A stretch of 64,000 nt of DNA from Desulfotignum sp. (GTDB lineage Bacteria > Desulfobacterota > Desulfobacteria > Desulfobacterales > Desulfobacteraceae): the NCBI GenBank assembly GCA_035268905.1, contig DATFJY010000284.1, positions 1,718 through 65,717 on the forward strand, in the 5' to 3' direction. Made by a program: the position numbers and the translations under genes. Positions 20,140-29,873 of this stretch are shown one piece after another. A model generated the notes under the pieces. It was not told the origin of the DNA and searched no databases. It was given only the letters and a program-made list of their open reading frames with translations. Numbering within the stretch: position 1 is the stretch's first letter; each line of letters starts with the position of its first letter.

Positions 20140-21873
20140 TCATGCCTTTCTGGCATTTAAATGGGCATATTTATCCAGATACCGCACAGGGAGGGCCAGG
20201 GCATCCCGCCTGAAGGGGTCTGCCAGGACCTCTTTTCCCCCCTGGACAAGGGCATTGATCACCGTGGGTTTTTCCCATGCAATGGCCTGTTTTACCGCAT
20301 CCCCCACCTGGTCAGGGTGGTCGATGCGAATCCCTTTTGCACCCATGTCCTCGGCAATTTTGGCATAATCCGGGTTATCCGGGAGATTGGCCCCCACAAA
20401 CCGGTTGTCGTAAAAATCGATCTGGTTTTTCTTTTCCGCCCCCCATTCATAGTTGGTGGCCACAATGGCAATCACGGGAATGTTTTCCCGCACTGCTGTC
20501 ATCACCTCCTGGATACCGCTGATGCCAAAGGCCCCGTCCCCCTGAAAAGCGATCACCGGGACCCCGGGTTTTGCCAGTTTGCCTCCCAGGGCTGCCCCAT
20601 AGGCAAACCCGCAGTTGCCCCAGGACAAAGCGGAAATATGCTGCCTGATTCCCTCAAATTTCAGGTAGCTGTTGATCATGGAGGCGTTGTTGCCGATATC
20701 GGTTGTCACAATGGCATTTTCAGGTAGGGCCCGGGTCCATTCCGCATGGAACCGCCTGGGGTGCATGGGCGCACTTTGACCGGAAGCACTCCATTTATTG
20801 AGTTCCTCCGCCCAGGCGGCATTCTGCATTTTCACATCCCCCAGCCTGGCCGCATCCTTTTCACGATCCGGCAGGACGGATTTCACTGCCGTCAGCAAAA
20901 AGGCGGCAAATTCCTTCACATCCCCCACACTGTAAACATCGGCTTTTTTTGAAAGCCCCAGGGTAGCAACATTGGTATCACACTGGATTAATTTGGCATG
21001 TTCGGGCCAATAGTCAATATCATACTGGGGCAGTGTGCCGAACGGCCCTAAGCGGGTGCCCAGGGCAATGATCAGGTCCGCTTTTTTCAGGATGCGCATG
21101 GCTGCCTTGGAACCGCAATACCCGATGGGACCGCATGCCAATTCATGGCTTGCAGGGAACGTATCGTTGTGAAGATAGGTGTTGCACACCGGCGCGGTGA
21201 GGTATTGCGCCAGGGCCGCAACCTCTTTGCCGGCATCAGCCTGACACACCCCGCCGCCGGATATAATTACGGGATACCGTGCCTGTCTGATAAGATCAGC
21301 CGCTTTTTCAATATCTGCCATACTGCCCGGTCCCCTTGAAATCAACGGGGTCTGATAAATCTCATCATCACAGATCCCGTAAAAATGATCCCTGGGGATA
21401 TTGAGCTGGGCAGGACCATTCATGTTTTTGGCCATATAAAAACAGCGGCGGGCCAGTTCAGCCATGCGGACCCCGCTGGGAATCCGGACCTGGAATACCA
21501 CGGATTTTTCAAACATGGCCATCTGGTCCAGTTCCTGAAATCCACCGGTACCAAGGCCAAGGGAACCGGTTTCAGGGGTAATGGCCACCACGGGGGAGTG
21601 GGCCCAGAAAGCGGCTGTCAACGCGGAAACAAAATTGGCGGCCCCTGGTCCGTTCTGGGCAATGCATGCCTGGGGCCTGCCAGTGATCCTGGCATATCCG
21701 TCTGCCGCGTGGCAGGCTGCCTGTTCATGGGCCACCGGCACAAAACGGATACCGGCTGCCGGAAACAGATCCAGCGCATCCATAAAAGCAGAGCCCACAA
21801 TGCCGAACACATGTTCCACCCTTTCTGCCGCAAGGGTTTCCACCAATGCCTCGCTGGGTGTCATTCTGGCCAT
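20140..21873 (-). CDS. xsc: Sulfoacetaldehyde acetyltransferase (TPP enzyme)
   Basis: MTPSEALVE, GIVGSAFMDALDLFP, IAQNGPG, GDGAFG, WGAEKKNQ are characteristic of Xsc within the acetolactate synthase-like family. Confidence 0.85.
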   Translation of the reverse strand: MARMTPSEALVETLAAERVEHVFGIVGSAFMDALDLFPAAGIRFVPVAHEQAACHAADGYARITGRPQACIAQNGPGAANFVSALTAAFWAHSPVVAITPETGSLGLGTGGFQELDQMAMFEKSVVFQVRIPSGVRMAELARRCFYMAKNMNGPAQLNIPRDHFYGICDDEIYQTPLISRGPGSMADIEKAADLIRQARYPVIISGGGVCQADAGKEVAALAQYLTAPVCNTYLHNDTFPASHELACGPIGYCGSKAAMRILKKADLIIALGTRLGPFGTLPQYDIDYWPEHAKLIQCDTNVATLGLSKKADVYSVGDVKEFAAFLLTAVKSVLPDREKDAARLGDVKMQNAAWAEELNKWSASGQSAPMHPRRFHAEWTRALPENAIVTTDIGNNASMINSYLKFEGIRQHISALSWGNCGFAYGAALGGKLAKPGVPVIAFQGDGAFGISGIQEVMTAVRENIPVIAIVATNYEWGAEKKNQIDFYDNRFVGANLPDNPDYAKIAEDMGAKGIRIDHPDQVGDAVKQAIAWEKPTVINALVQGGKEVLADPFRRDALALPVRYLDKYAHLNARKA

Positions 21874-22000
21874 ATCCTTACCTCCTGAAAAAAAGAAAAA
21901 ACAGCAGCAGGCGCATTTCGTATCCCCTGATCCACCATTTGCATATCAAGCCATTTCATATATCAGCCTTTTTTTTCTGTCAAGACGCATACCACCAGAT

Positions 22001-22086
22001 CTGGATATTTGCCATAGCAGCATACCCGCTATGGGGAGTCCCTGGTGGTGTCCTGTGAACGGACCGTCAGATTCGGAGGGGGCCGG
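22001..22086 (+). mobile_element. Truncated MITE (copy C): one TIR plus one arm of the hairpin module
   Basis: CTGGATATTTGCCATAGCAGC...CCCTGGTGGTGTCCTGTGAACGGACCGTCAGA...GGAGGGGGCC aligns with the reverse complement of 26755-26836. Confidence 0.8.
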
Positions 22087-22102
22087 TGAAAAAAATTAAC
22101 GC

Positions 22103-22131
22103 TTGAAAAAAAACAGCCAAGCCCATACACT
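22103..22131 (+). promoter_or_regulatory. Putative sigma70 promoter of the aminotransferase
   Basis: TTGAAA, 17 nt, TACACT. Confidence 0.55.
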
Positions 22132-22181
22132 CCGTCAGATCAAATTGTTGATTATTTTTTTAATCAGATATTTTTCAGGAG

Positions 22182-23528
22182 ATGTGTATGAAAACCCCTA
22201 TCAACCGTGAAATTGTCAAACAGGAAATTGATAAAATGGGCCTGGAGTCAGTGGGCCTGGCATCCATTCGGGAATTGAACCGGATCGTCAACAATATTGA
22301 AAATGCCGCCGGCGACCAGTTCATCCGCATGGAAATGGGGGTGCCGGGCCTGGCACCGCCGCAGATTGCCGTTGATGCGGAAATTGAAGCCTTACAACAG
22401 GGGGTGGGGTCCAAATATCCGCCCTTTGACGGCATCCCCCAGCTGAAAACCGAAATATCCACCTTTGTGAAAAATTTTGTGAATGTGGACATTCCTGCGG
22501 AATCCTGCTTTCCCACAGTGGGGTCCATGCAGGGGTGTTACATGGCCATGATGTGCTGTGCCAGGCGCATCAAAGACAAAGACCGCATATTGTTTATCGA
22601 CCCGGGATTTCCCGTGAACAAGCACCAGGCAAGGGTGCTGGGACTTCCCTATGCCCATTTTGACGTGTATGAATACAGAGGGGACAAACTGGGAGCCAAG
22701 CTGGAAACCTATCTGGAAAAAAATGATGTGGCCGCCATCATGTATTCCAATCCCAACAATCCGGCCTGGATCTGTTTTACCGAAAAAGAGCTGGAAATCA
22801 TAGGCAATCTTGCCACCAAATATGACTGCATTGTCATGGAAGATCTTGCCTATTTCGGCATGGATTTTCGGCAGAACTATTCCATTCCGCGGCAGCCCCC
22901 GTTCATCCCGTCAGTGGCCAAATTCACCGACAATTATATTTTGCTGATATCCAGCTCCAAATCCTTTTCCCTGGCCGGCCAGCGCATCGGCATGACCGCC
23001 ATCCCCGAAAAACTGTTCCATTCCACAGGGGACAACCTTGCGCCCTTTTTCGGCAGCGACCGGTTCGGGTATGCCTATATTTTCGGTGCCATGTATGCCT
23101 TGAGTTCCGGGGTGTCCCACTCCAACCAGTATGGACTGCTGGGGCTGCTCAAAGCGGTGAATTCCGGAAAATTCAATTTTGTGGACCATGTAAAGGAATA
23201 TGGAAACCGGGCCGCTGCCATGAAGCAGATGTTCACGGCAAACGGATTTCAGATCGTCTATGACATGGATGATGGCCAGCCCATTGCAGACGGATTTTAT
23301 TTTACCATCTCCTACCCCGGGTTCACCGGGGTGGAGCTGGTGGAGGAACTGCTCTATTACGGCATCAGTGCCATTTCTTTGACCACCACGGGCAGTGACC
23401 GCCACGAAGGGCTGCGGGCCTGCGTGTCCTTAACCGGCAAGGAAAGATTTGAAGAACTGGCTCACCGGCTGACAAAGTTCCAGGGGGATCATCCCGAGGG
23501 AAGCAGTTTCAAGATCATACACACCTGA
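22182..23528 (+). CDS. PLP-dependent aminotransferase class I/II
   Basis: YSNPNNPA, EDLAY, PLP lysine SSSKSFSLAGQRIG. Confidence 0.9.
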   Translation: MCMKTPINREIVKQEIDKMGLESVGLASIRELNRIVNNIENAAGDQFIRMEMGVPGLAPPQIAVDAEIEALQQGVGSKYPPFDGIPQLKTEISTFVKNFVNVDIPAESCFPTVGSMQGCYMAMMCCARRIKDKDRILFIDPGFPVNKHQARVLGLPYAHFDVYEYRGDKLGAKLETYLEKNDVAAIMYSNPNNPAWICFTEKELEIIGNLATKYDCIVMEDLAYFGMDFRQNYSIPRQPPFIPSVAKFTDNYILLISSSKSFSLAGQRIGMTAIPEKLFHSTGDNLAPFFGSDRFGYAYIFGAMYALSSGVSHSNQYGLLGLLKAVNSGKFNFVDHVKEYGNRAAAMKQMFTANGFQIVYDMDDGQPIADGFYFTISYPGFTGVELVEELLYYGISAISLTTTGSDRHEGLRACVSLTGKERFEELAHRLTKFQGDHPEGSSFKIIHT

Positions 23529-23699
23529 TCCAGGCACCTTCTTGGGGCGGTGTGCAGCCGGCCGGGGTCACCTGCGCTGACACAGCCTGGTTGCCGCGCA
23601 CCGCCCAAAAGACTGTCTAACCTTTTCCAGTCCACCATAGGTCTCACAGGTACATCCAGATTACCTGGTTTCGGACATTCACCCCACCATCCCTTTTTT

Positions 23700-23801
23700 A
23701 TGAAAGCCGTCAGCCGTCAGTACCCAGCCATCAGCTAACAGCTAAATGCTAACAGCTAACAGCTTTCATCCTTTGTTGTGCCCGCCAGGGCATAGGTGTT
23801 A
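23700..23801 (+). repeat. Heptamer-rich dispersed element (copy H1)
   Basis: ATGAAAGC...(GCTAACA)n...GCTTTCAT followed by CTTTGTTGTGCCCGCCAGGGCATAGGTGTTA. Confidence 0.8.
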
Positions 23802-23906
23802 CTTCGTGGTCTCCGTGTTCTTCGTGGTCAAATTCAGCTGCACCATACCATTGCTGACATCTCGACAAACCAGGCTGTATTTTCAGGGACCAGGTGCAAG
23901 ACTGCG

Positions 23907-25754
23907 TTATTTTTTATCCTTCTTTTTGCGTTTTCCGGCTATGAGATGGCGTTTCTGGGCCTGTAAAACAGTTTTGCGCAACCGTATGGAAACCGGGGTG
24001 ACCTCCACCATCTCATCATCCGCAATAAAATGGATGGCCTTTTCCAGTGTCATCTCCCGGACAGGGGTGCACACCACATTTTCATCCTTGCCCGAGGCCC
24101 GCATATTGGTAAGCTTTTTTTCCTTGCAGGGATTCACATCGATGTCTGTGGCCCGGTTATGCTCGCCGATGATCATGCCTTCATACACCGGCGTGCCCGG
24201 GGCAATGAACAGCTGGCCCCGGGGTTCGAGGTTGAACAGGGCATAGGGCACGGCACTGCCCTGCCGGTCCGAGACCAGGGAACCGTTGAACCGCACCGGA
24301 ATTTTTCCCCGGAATGGCTCGTAACCGGCCAGATAGGAATTCATGATCCCGGTGCCCCTTGTATCGGTGAGAAACTCATCCCGGTATCCGATCAAAGATC
24401 TTGAAGGGATGGAAAACTCGATACGGACTCTTCCCTTGCCGTTGTTGACCAGGTTGGTCATCTTGCCTTTTCTGATGGAGAGCTTTTCTGTTACCACGCC
24501 CATGAAATCCTCTTCACAATCCACGAAAAGGTGCTCGACAGGTTCCAGTTTCTCCTTGTTTTCCATCTTGTAGATCACCCGGGGGCGGCTCACACAGAGT
24601 TCAAACCCTTCCCGCCGCATGGTTTCAATGAGAATAGCCAGCTGGAGTTCGCCTCTGCCCTTGACCACAAAACTTTCATCCGTGGTGCTTTCTTCCACGG
24701 CAATGGCCACGTTCATCAAGATTTCCTTGAACAGCCGCTCCCGAATTTTCCGGGACTGCACATATTTGCCTTCACGTCCGGCAAACGGAGAATTGGAAAT
24801 GGCAAACTGCATGAACACGGTTGGTTCGTCCACGGTTATCCTGGTCAGGGCACACGGTGCCTGGCGGGTACAGATGGTATCTCCGATTTTGACATCATCG
24901 ATGCCGGACAGCACCACGATGTCTCCGGGATCAGCCCGGTCCACCGGATCCAGAACCATACCTTTGTAGGATTGGAGCTTGCTCACTTTGAGCGGTAACT
25001 GGCGGTTGTTTTCTCCCAGACAGACCAGAGATTCATTGGATGCGGCAGATCCGTTGAACACCTTGCCGATGGCAAGACGTCCCAGATAATCGGAATACCC
25101 CAGGTCAGACACCAGCATCTGGAAGGGGGCATTTGGGTCATAGGACGGTGGGGGCATCTCTTCTATGATGGTATCAAACAGCACATGCAGATGTGCCACA
25201 TCCGCATCCAGCTCCTTTTTGACAATACCATCACGGCCGATGGCATAAAAATAGGTAAAATCCAGCTGCTCTTCTGTGGCCTCCAGGTCTATGAACAGAT
25301 CATACACCATGTCCAGCACTGCATCCGGCCGGGCATCTTTGCGGTCGATCTTGTTGATGATCACCATGACCGGCAGGTTGGCTTCAAAGGTTTTTTTGAG
25401 CACAAACCGGGTCTGGGGCAGGGGGCCTTCAGAGGCATCCACCAGAAGAATGGCGCTGTCCGCCATGGACAAAGCCCGTTCCACCTCCCCGCCGAAATCC
25501 GCATGGCCCGGCGTGTCAATGATATTGATCTTCACGTTCTGCCACACCACGGAACAGTTTTTGGCAGCAATGGTAATACCCCGCTCTCTTTCCAGGTCCA
25601 TGCTGTCCATGAGGCGCTCATCCACCTGCTGCCCTTCCCTGAAAATCCCGCTCTGGCGGAACATGGCATCCACCAGGGTGGTTTTGCCATGGTCTACATG
25701 GGCTATTATGGCAATATTCCGTAAGCGCGCGTTGGTCACTTTCTGTTTTTTCAT
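23907..25754 (-). CDS. typA: Translational GTPase TypA/BipA
   Basis: AHVDHGKTTL, ERERGITI, DTPGHADFGGEVER, GRGELQL. Confidence 0.97.
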   Translation of the reverse strand: MKKQKVTNARLRNIAIIAHVDHGKTTLVDAMFRQSGIFREGQQVDERLMDSMDLERERGITIAAKNCSVVWQNVKINIIDTPGHADFGGEVERALSMADSAILLVDASEGPLPQTRFVLKKTFEANLPVMVIINKIDRKDARPDAVLDMVYDLFIDLEATEEQLDFTYFYAIGRDGIVKKELDADVAHLHVLFDTIIEEMPPPSYDPNAPFQMLVSDLGYSDYLGRLAIGKVFNGSAASNESLVCLGENNRQLPLKVSKLQSYKGMVLDPVDRADPGDIVVLSGIDDVKIGDTICTRQAPCALTRITVDEPTVFMQFAISNSPFAGREGKYVQSRKIRERLFKEILMNVAIAVEESTTDESFVVKGRGELQLAILIETMRREGFELCVSRPRVIYKMENKEKLEPVEHLFVDCEEDFMGVVTEKLSIRKGKMTNLVNNGKGRVRIEFSIPSRSLIGYRDEFLTDTRGTGIMNSYLAGYEPFRGKIPVRFNGSLVSDRQGSAVPYALFNLEPRGQLFIAPGTPVYEGMIIGEHNRATDIDVNPCKEKKLTNMRASGKDENVVCTPVREMTLEKAIHFIADDEMVEVTPVSIRLRKTVLQAQKRHLIAGKRKKKDKK

Positions 25755-25864
25755 GTTCTGCTCTTTTGTTTGTCACGACAGCTTTTAGACCTGATGTTTG
25801 GGTGACATATGTGCCGTCATCTTCCAAACCGGTAGTATGAACTGTTGCAAATGGGTTAATATGC

Positions 25865-26335
25865 TTATTTCGACACCCGGGTGGTGCCGTCGGCCGCAGT
25901 GATAATTCTGACCCGGTCTCCCGGTGCCAGTGCTACATCCGCCTCCTGCACCACCACAATGGTGGTGCCGGTATCTTTTTTGACCACAATTTCAAGCCCG
26001 GGTTTTCTGGTGATGCCTTCTTCGGCAGCTGTACCGGCAGCAGCCCCTGCCAGGGCACCGATAACAGTTGCAACGGTTCGGCCGGACCCACTCCCCACGG
26101 TACTGCCCAGTACACCACCGGCAACACCGCCGGCTACGGTTCCCACCGGTGTTTTGGTACCCTCTATGGTAATATGTTTCACCGATTCCACAGTCCCTGC
26201 CATTACATTCTGGGCCTGGCGGGCATGGTCCCTGGAATAGACCTCCCCTGACCGGCTGGAAGCACATCCTGCCGCCATACAGGCGGCAGCTGCCAGAAGC
26301 ACGACAGCACGGGCAATGGTTGATGCCGTTTTCAT
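25865..26335 (-). CDS. Glycine-zipper outer-membrane lipoprotein (SlyB/Pcp-like)
   Basis: Signal peptide with lipobox AAGC; GxxxG glycine zipper; start placed at MKTAST. Confidence 0.88.
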   Translation of the reverse strand: MKTASTIARAVVLLAAAACMAAGCASSRSGEVYSRDHARQAQNVMAGTVESVKHITIEGTKTPVGTVAGGVAGGVLGSTVGSGSGRTVATVIGALAGAAAGTAAEEGITRKPGLEIVVKKDTGTTIVVVQEADVALAPGDRVRIITAADGTTRVSK

Positions 26336-26574
26336 AACACGTTCCTTTTGTTTCATTGTTTTTTTAGAAGCGATTCCATCATAATGAAGTAAACATGAAT
26401 CCTTCAAAGTCATGCCTGTATATGGGGTCATGTGCTGCAATCGATTTATAAGATTCATTTTTAAGCAGTATATCACATTTTTTCAATTTTCACACCTTTT
26501 CTCCGGTGAAAAACAAAGGCTGTTCCATGAAACGTTCTCCCGGCAGGGATCCCTCCCCGGACGCTATCTTTGGT

Positions 26575-26836
26575 CTGGATATTTGCTATAAGCAACCCGG
26601 GTTTTTGACCTTTTGCTGCAGCACTCTGTCGCCGGTCCCGCCCCTGGTGATATCCTGTGCCCGGCCCGAGACCCTTCGGGGGCCCGGTTCCATGTGAATA
26701 ATGAAATACAGCGATCCAATCTCTGACTTCAAAGCATCCCGGCATATTTTACCAGGCCCCCTCCGGCTCTGATGGTCCGTTCACAGGACACCACCAGGGG
26801 CTCCTTAGCGTGTACGCTGCTATCGCAAATATGCAG
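26575..26836. mobile_element. MITE, long form (copy B, 262 bp) carrying the palindromic hairpin module
   Basis: TIRs CTGGATATTTG (26575) / CAAATATGCAG (to 26836); imperfect flanking repeat CTTTGGT/CTCTGGT; internal inverted arms 26641-26659 and 26782-26800. Confidence 0.8.
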
Positions 26837-26915
26837 CTCTGGTCAAAGCCATTGCAAATTTGATACAGATGCACTAATTTGGACAGCAGGCTGCATAGCA
26901 TCCCGAAAACCCAAC

Positions 26916-29786
26916 ATGAAAAAAGGCAGGGCATTGGACAATTTTCTTGCTACCGCATCACAAAACATCTGTACAAAAACCGGCATGACCATCCGGCACA
27001 GTCCGGAATGGACCGATCTAGAGCTGACACCTGCATATTTTGTCACCTTTCATCTGATCGGCAAAAATATTGTAAGCACCTACCCCAAAGGAAAAATCAG
27101 CCATGAAGGTACCCTGGCCCTGTTTAAAAATTACGACCGGTTCCTGGCAGCCTGCGACTTAGATGCCTCCCCTTTCATTGAAATTTCCGATTACAGTGGG
27201 ATCAGCAATACGCCAAGCCAGCGGACCCGTCTCAAGGTGCTGGAATTATTACTGGAAAAAGTGGAAAAAAAACGGCTGAAGGGCCATTTTGTCTACAATG
27301 TGCCCCGGCATATCCAGTGGATGTACAATATCGGCACCCATTTGAAAAAACCGGGGATTCCCATGAAGGCCCTGGACTCCTATCCATCGGCAATGCAGCA
27401 CGCCATGCGGCTGAGCCAGGACAGATACAAAAAAACCATCAGCGCATCCCCTGCTTTTTTCCGGTTTCTCCGGCGGTTCATCCCGGGGTTCAGGCTGCAG
27501 CTGTATGCAGAAGAGATCCTGGAATACATCGGCGGTATCAACTGGAATGAAAAAGGGATACAGGCCGGCCAGATCGGCACGGCCCACCCTTTCCGACGGG
27601 TATTTGATGCCCTGACGGTTTTGAAAACCGATTTTGACCAGAACCAGGCGGCCCGGAACCAGATGGAAAGAGAGCTGACACAGCATAAAAACCATCTGGA
27701 AATACTGGTGGAGGAACGTACCCGGGCCCTTGAGGCAGCTTTGGCCAGGGCAGAAGAAGCCACCCGGTCCAAGAGTGAATTTCTGGCCAACATGAGCCAT
27801 GAGATACGAACGCCCATGAATGGCATCATGGGCATGGCAGAACTTTTGCACGATACCCGTCTCAGCCGGGAACAGGCAACGCTGGTCGACACCATCACCA
27901 CAGAAGCCCGGTCTTTGATGGACATTATCAACAGCATTCTGGATTTTTCCAAAATTGAAGCCGGGAAAATGGAGCTGGACAACACCCCTTTCAACCTGCG
28001 TTTTCTATTTGAAGATATTGCCGCCACCTGCGGTATTGTTGCCAGAAAAAAAAACCTGGAACTGATCTTTTTTCTGCCGCCGGGCACACCGGAAAATTTT
28101 GTGGGAGACCCCGGCCGCCTGCGCCAGATTTTAACCAACCTGACCGGAAATGCCATAAAATTCACCCATAAAGGAGAAATTTTTGTATGGGGAGAAACCA
28201 GTGCAGAATCAAACAGCCATGTCACCCTGAAATTTGCTATCAAGGACACTGGTATCGGTATTCCCGAAGAAAAGCAGAAAACCATATTCGACAGCTTTTC
28301 CCAGGCTGACGGCTCCACCACCCGGATGTACGGCGGCACCGGCCTGGGCACCACCATCTCCAAGCAGCTGGTGGAAATGATGGGCGGCACCATCGGTGTA
28401 ACCAGCCGGCCAGGCAAAGGTTCCACCTTCTGGTTCACCATTGTGCTCCAGATTGACCACACCCCTGCAGCACGGGACAATGTTACAGACAACCCCCCGA
28501 AATTGACAGGCAGAAAAATGCTGGTGGTGGATGACAACAGAACCAACCGCCACGTTGTCATGGAACATCTGAAATCCTGGGGGTGCATTCTTCTGGAAGC
28601 TGCCAATGCCGCTCAGGCCATGGATCTGCTCAAGACACGCTCCGACCTGGATCTGGTCATCACAGATGTCCGGATGCCGGAAACCAACGGGTTTCAGCTG
28701 GCAGAAAAAATACGTGCCGCATCCGGCATCCCCCAGGTTCCCATCATCGCCCTCACCTCCATGGGCATGATGGGAGACAGCAAAAAATGCCGGAAAGCCG
28801 GCATCCAGGGATATCTGACAAAACCGGTCCGGCAAAAGGATTTGAAAGATACCATATGGTCTGTCTTATGCCGGGACAGCAACGCCCCATTGTCTGATAC
28901 GCCCCCGTTGACCAGGCATACCCTGGCGGAAACCCGGAGAAGAAAGATTCAGATTCTACTGGTGGAAGATTACCCCACCAACCAGGCGATCGCCATCAGG
29001 CACCTGACTTCCCAGGGGTTTGAAGTAACCCTGGCGGAAAATGGGCAGCAGGCAGTGGACCTGTTCCAAACCCGCAGATTTCACCTGGTGCTCATGGATA
29101 TCCAGATGCCGGTAATGGATGGATATGAAGCCACCCGCCGGATCCGGGCACATGAACAACGGGAAAAAACCGCGTTTCTGACTGAGAATCCAAACAAATG
29201 CCAGCCGTTTGTACCTACCCCCATCATCGCCATGACTGCCCATGCCATCCAGGGATACCGGGAAAAATGCCTGGCTGCAGACATGGATGACTACATCACA
29301 AAGCCTTTGAAAAAAAATGATTTCATCGCCATTGTAAAACAATATGCACTGAAGCAAAACGCCGGCGATCCAAAAGCATTTGCCGAAACCGCGCCGGATG
29401 AAGAAACCGGCCCCCGGAATGATACCACATGCACCCCTGCACCGGATGCGCCGTTGGAAGCCCCCCTGGACCTGGCAGAAGCGGTAAAGGAATTTGAAAA
29501 CGACACCCCGTTTTTCCTGGAGGTGCTGACAGAATTTCTGGCGGATACGGACAAAACACTGGGGCAGATCCAACAGGCGGCAGCTGACCAAAACGGTCCT
29601 GCTGTTGCAGGTTTTGCCCATGCCATCAAAGGCGGGGCTGCCAATCTCACCGCCATGGAACTTTCCCGGGCAGCCGGTGCCATGGAAGAAGCCGCAGCTT
29701 TGAACCATTTTCAGAATATGCCGGATCGTATTTCACAGCTGATGTCTGCTTACAGCCGTCTCAAGGCGTTTGCAGAAAAAATCTAA
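26916..29786 (+). CDS. Cytoplasmic hybrid sensor histidine kinase (unknown N-domain, HisKA, HATPase, two REC, Hpt)
   Basis: [21 protein letters not shown], two receiver domains (DVRMP, DIQMP), Hpt AHAIKGGA; the ORF-track extension to 26772 lies in the MITE. Confidence 0.93.
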   Translation: MKKGRALDNFLATASQNICTKTGMTIRHSPEWTDLELTPAYFVTFHLIGKNIVSTYPKGKISHEGTLALFKNYDRFLAACDLDASPFIEISDYSGISNTPSQRTRLKVLELLLEKVEKKRLKGHFVYNVPRHIQWMYNIGTHLKKPGIPMKALDSYPSAMQHAMRLSQDRYKKTISASPAFFRFLRRFIPGFRLQLYAEEILEYIGGINWNEKGIQAGQIGTAHPFRRVFDALTVLKTDFDQNQAARNQMERELTQHKNHLEILVEERTRALEAALARAEEATRSKSEFLANMSHEIRTPMNGIMGMAELLHDTRLSREQATLVDTITTEARSLMDIINSILDFSKIEAGKMELDNTPFNLRFLFEDIAATCGIVARKKNLELIFFLPPGTPENFVGDPGRLRQILTNLTGNAIKFTHKGEIFVWGETSAESNSHVTLKFAIKDTGIGIPEEKQKTIFDSFSQADGSTTRMYGGTGLGTTISKQLVEMMGGTIGVTSRPGKGSTFWFTIVLQIDHTPAARDNVTDNPPKLTGRKMLVVDDNRTNRHVVMEHLKSWGCILLEAANAAQAMDLLKTRSDLDLVITDVRMPETNGFQLAEKIRAASGIPQVPIIALTSMGMMGDSKKCRKAGIQGYLTKPVRQKDLKDTIWSVLCRDSNAPLSDTPPLTRHTLAETRRRKIQILLVEDYPTNQAIAIRHLTSQGFEVTLAENGQQAVDLFQTRRFHLVLMDIQMPVMDGYEATRRIRAHEQREKTAFLTENPNKCQPFVPTPIIAMTAHAIQGYREKCLAADMDDYITKPLKKNDFIAIVKQYALKQNAGDPKAFAETAPDEETGPRNDTTCTPAPDAPLEAPLDLAEAVKEFENDTPFFLEVLTEFLADTDKTLGQIQQAAADQNGPAVAGFAHAIKGGAANLTAMELSRAAGAMEEAAALNHFQNMPDRISQLMSAYSRLKAFAEKI

Positions 29787-29873
29787 AGCGGGGAAACCTG
29801 CACTGCAACCCAGGTGCTTTGCCTCATTTTCTTGATTTTTTGACAGGGTTTGAGGCGTAAGGCATTTATGGGT

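Noticed and set aside
23526-23612. Possible SECIS-directed selenocysteine readthrough of the aminotransferase TGA
   Set aside because: The apical loop is ~43 nt from the UGA, further than typical bacterial SECIS; the protein is already full length and the readthrough peptide is not selenoprotein-like.
26772-26915. N-terminal extension of the kinase ORF
   Set aside because: It begins inside the MITE; ATG 26916 is the more plausible start.
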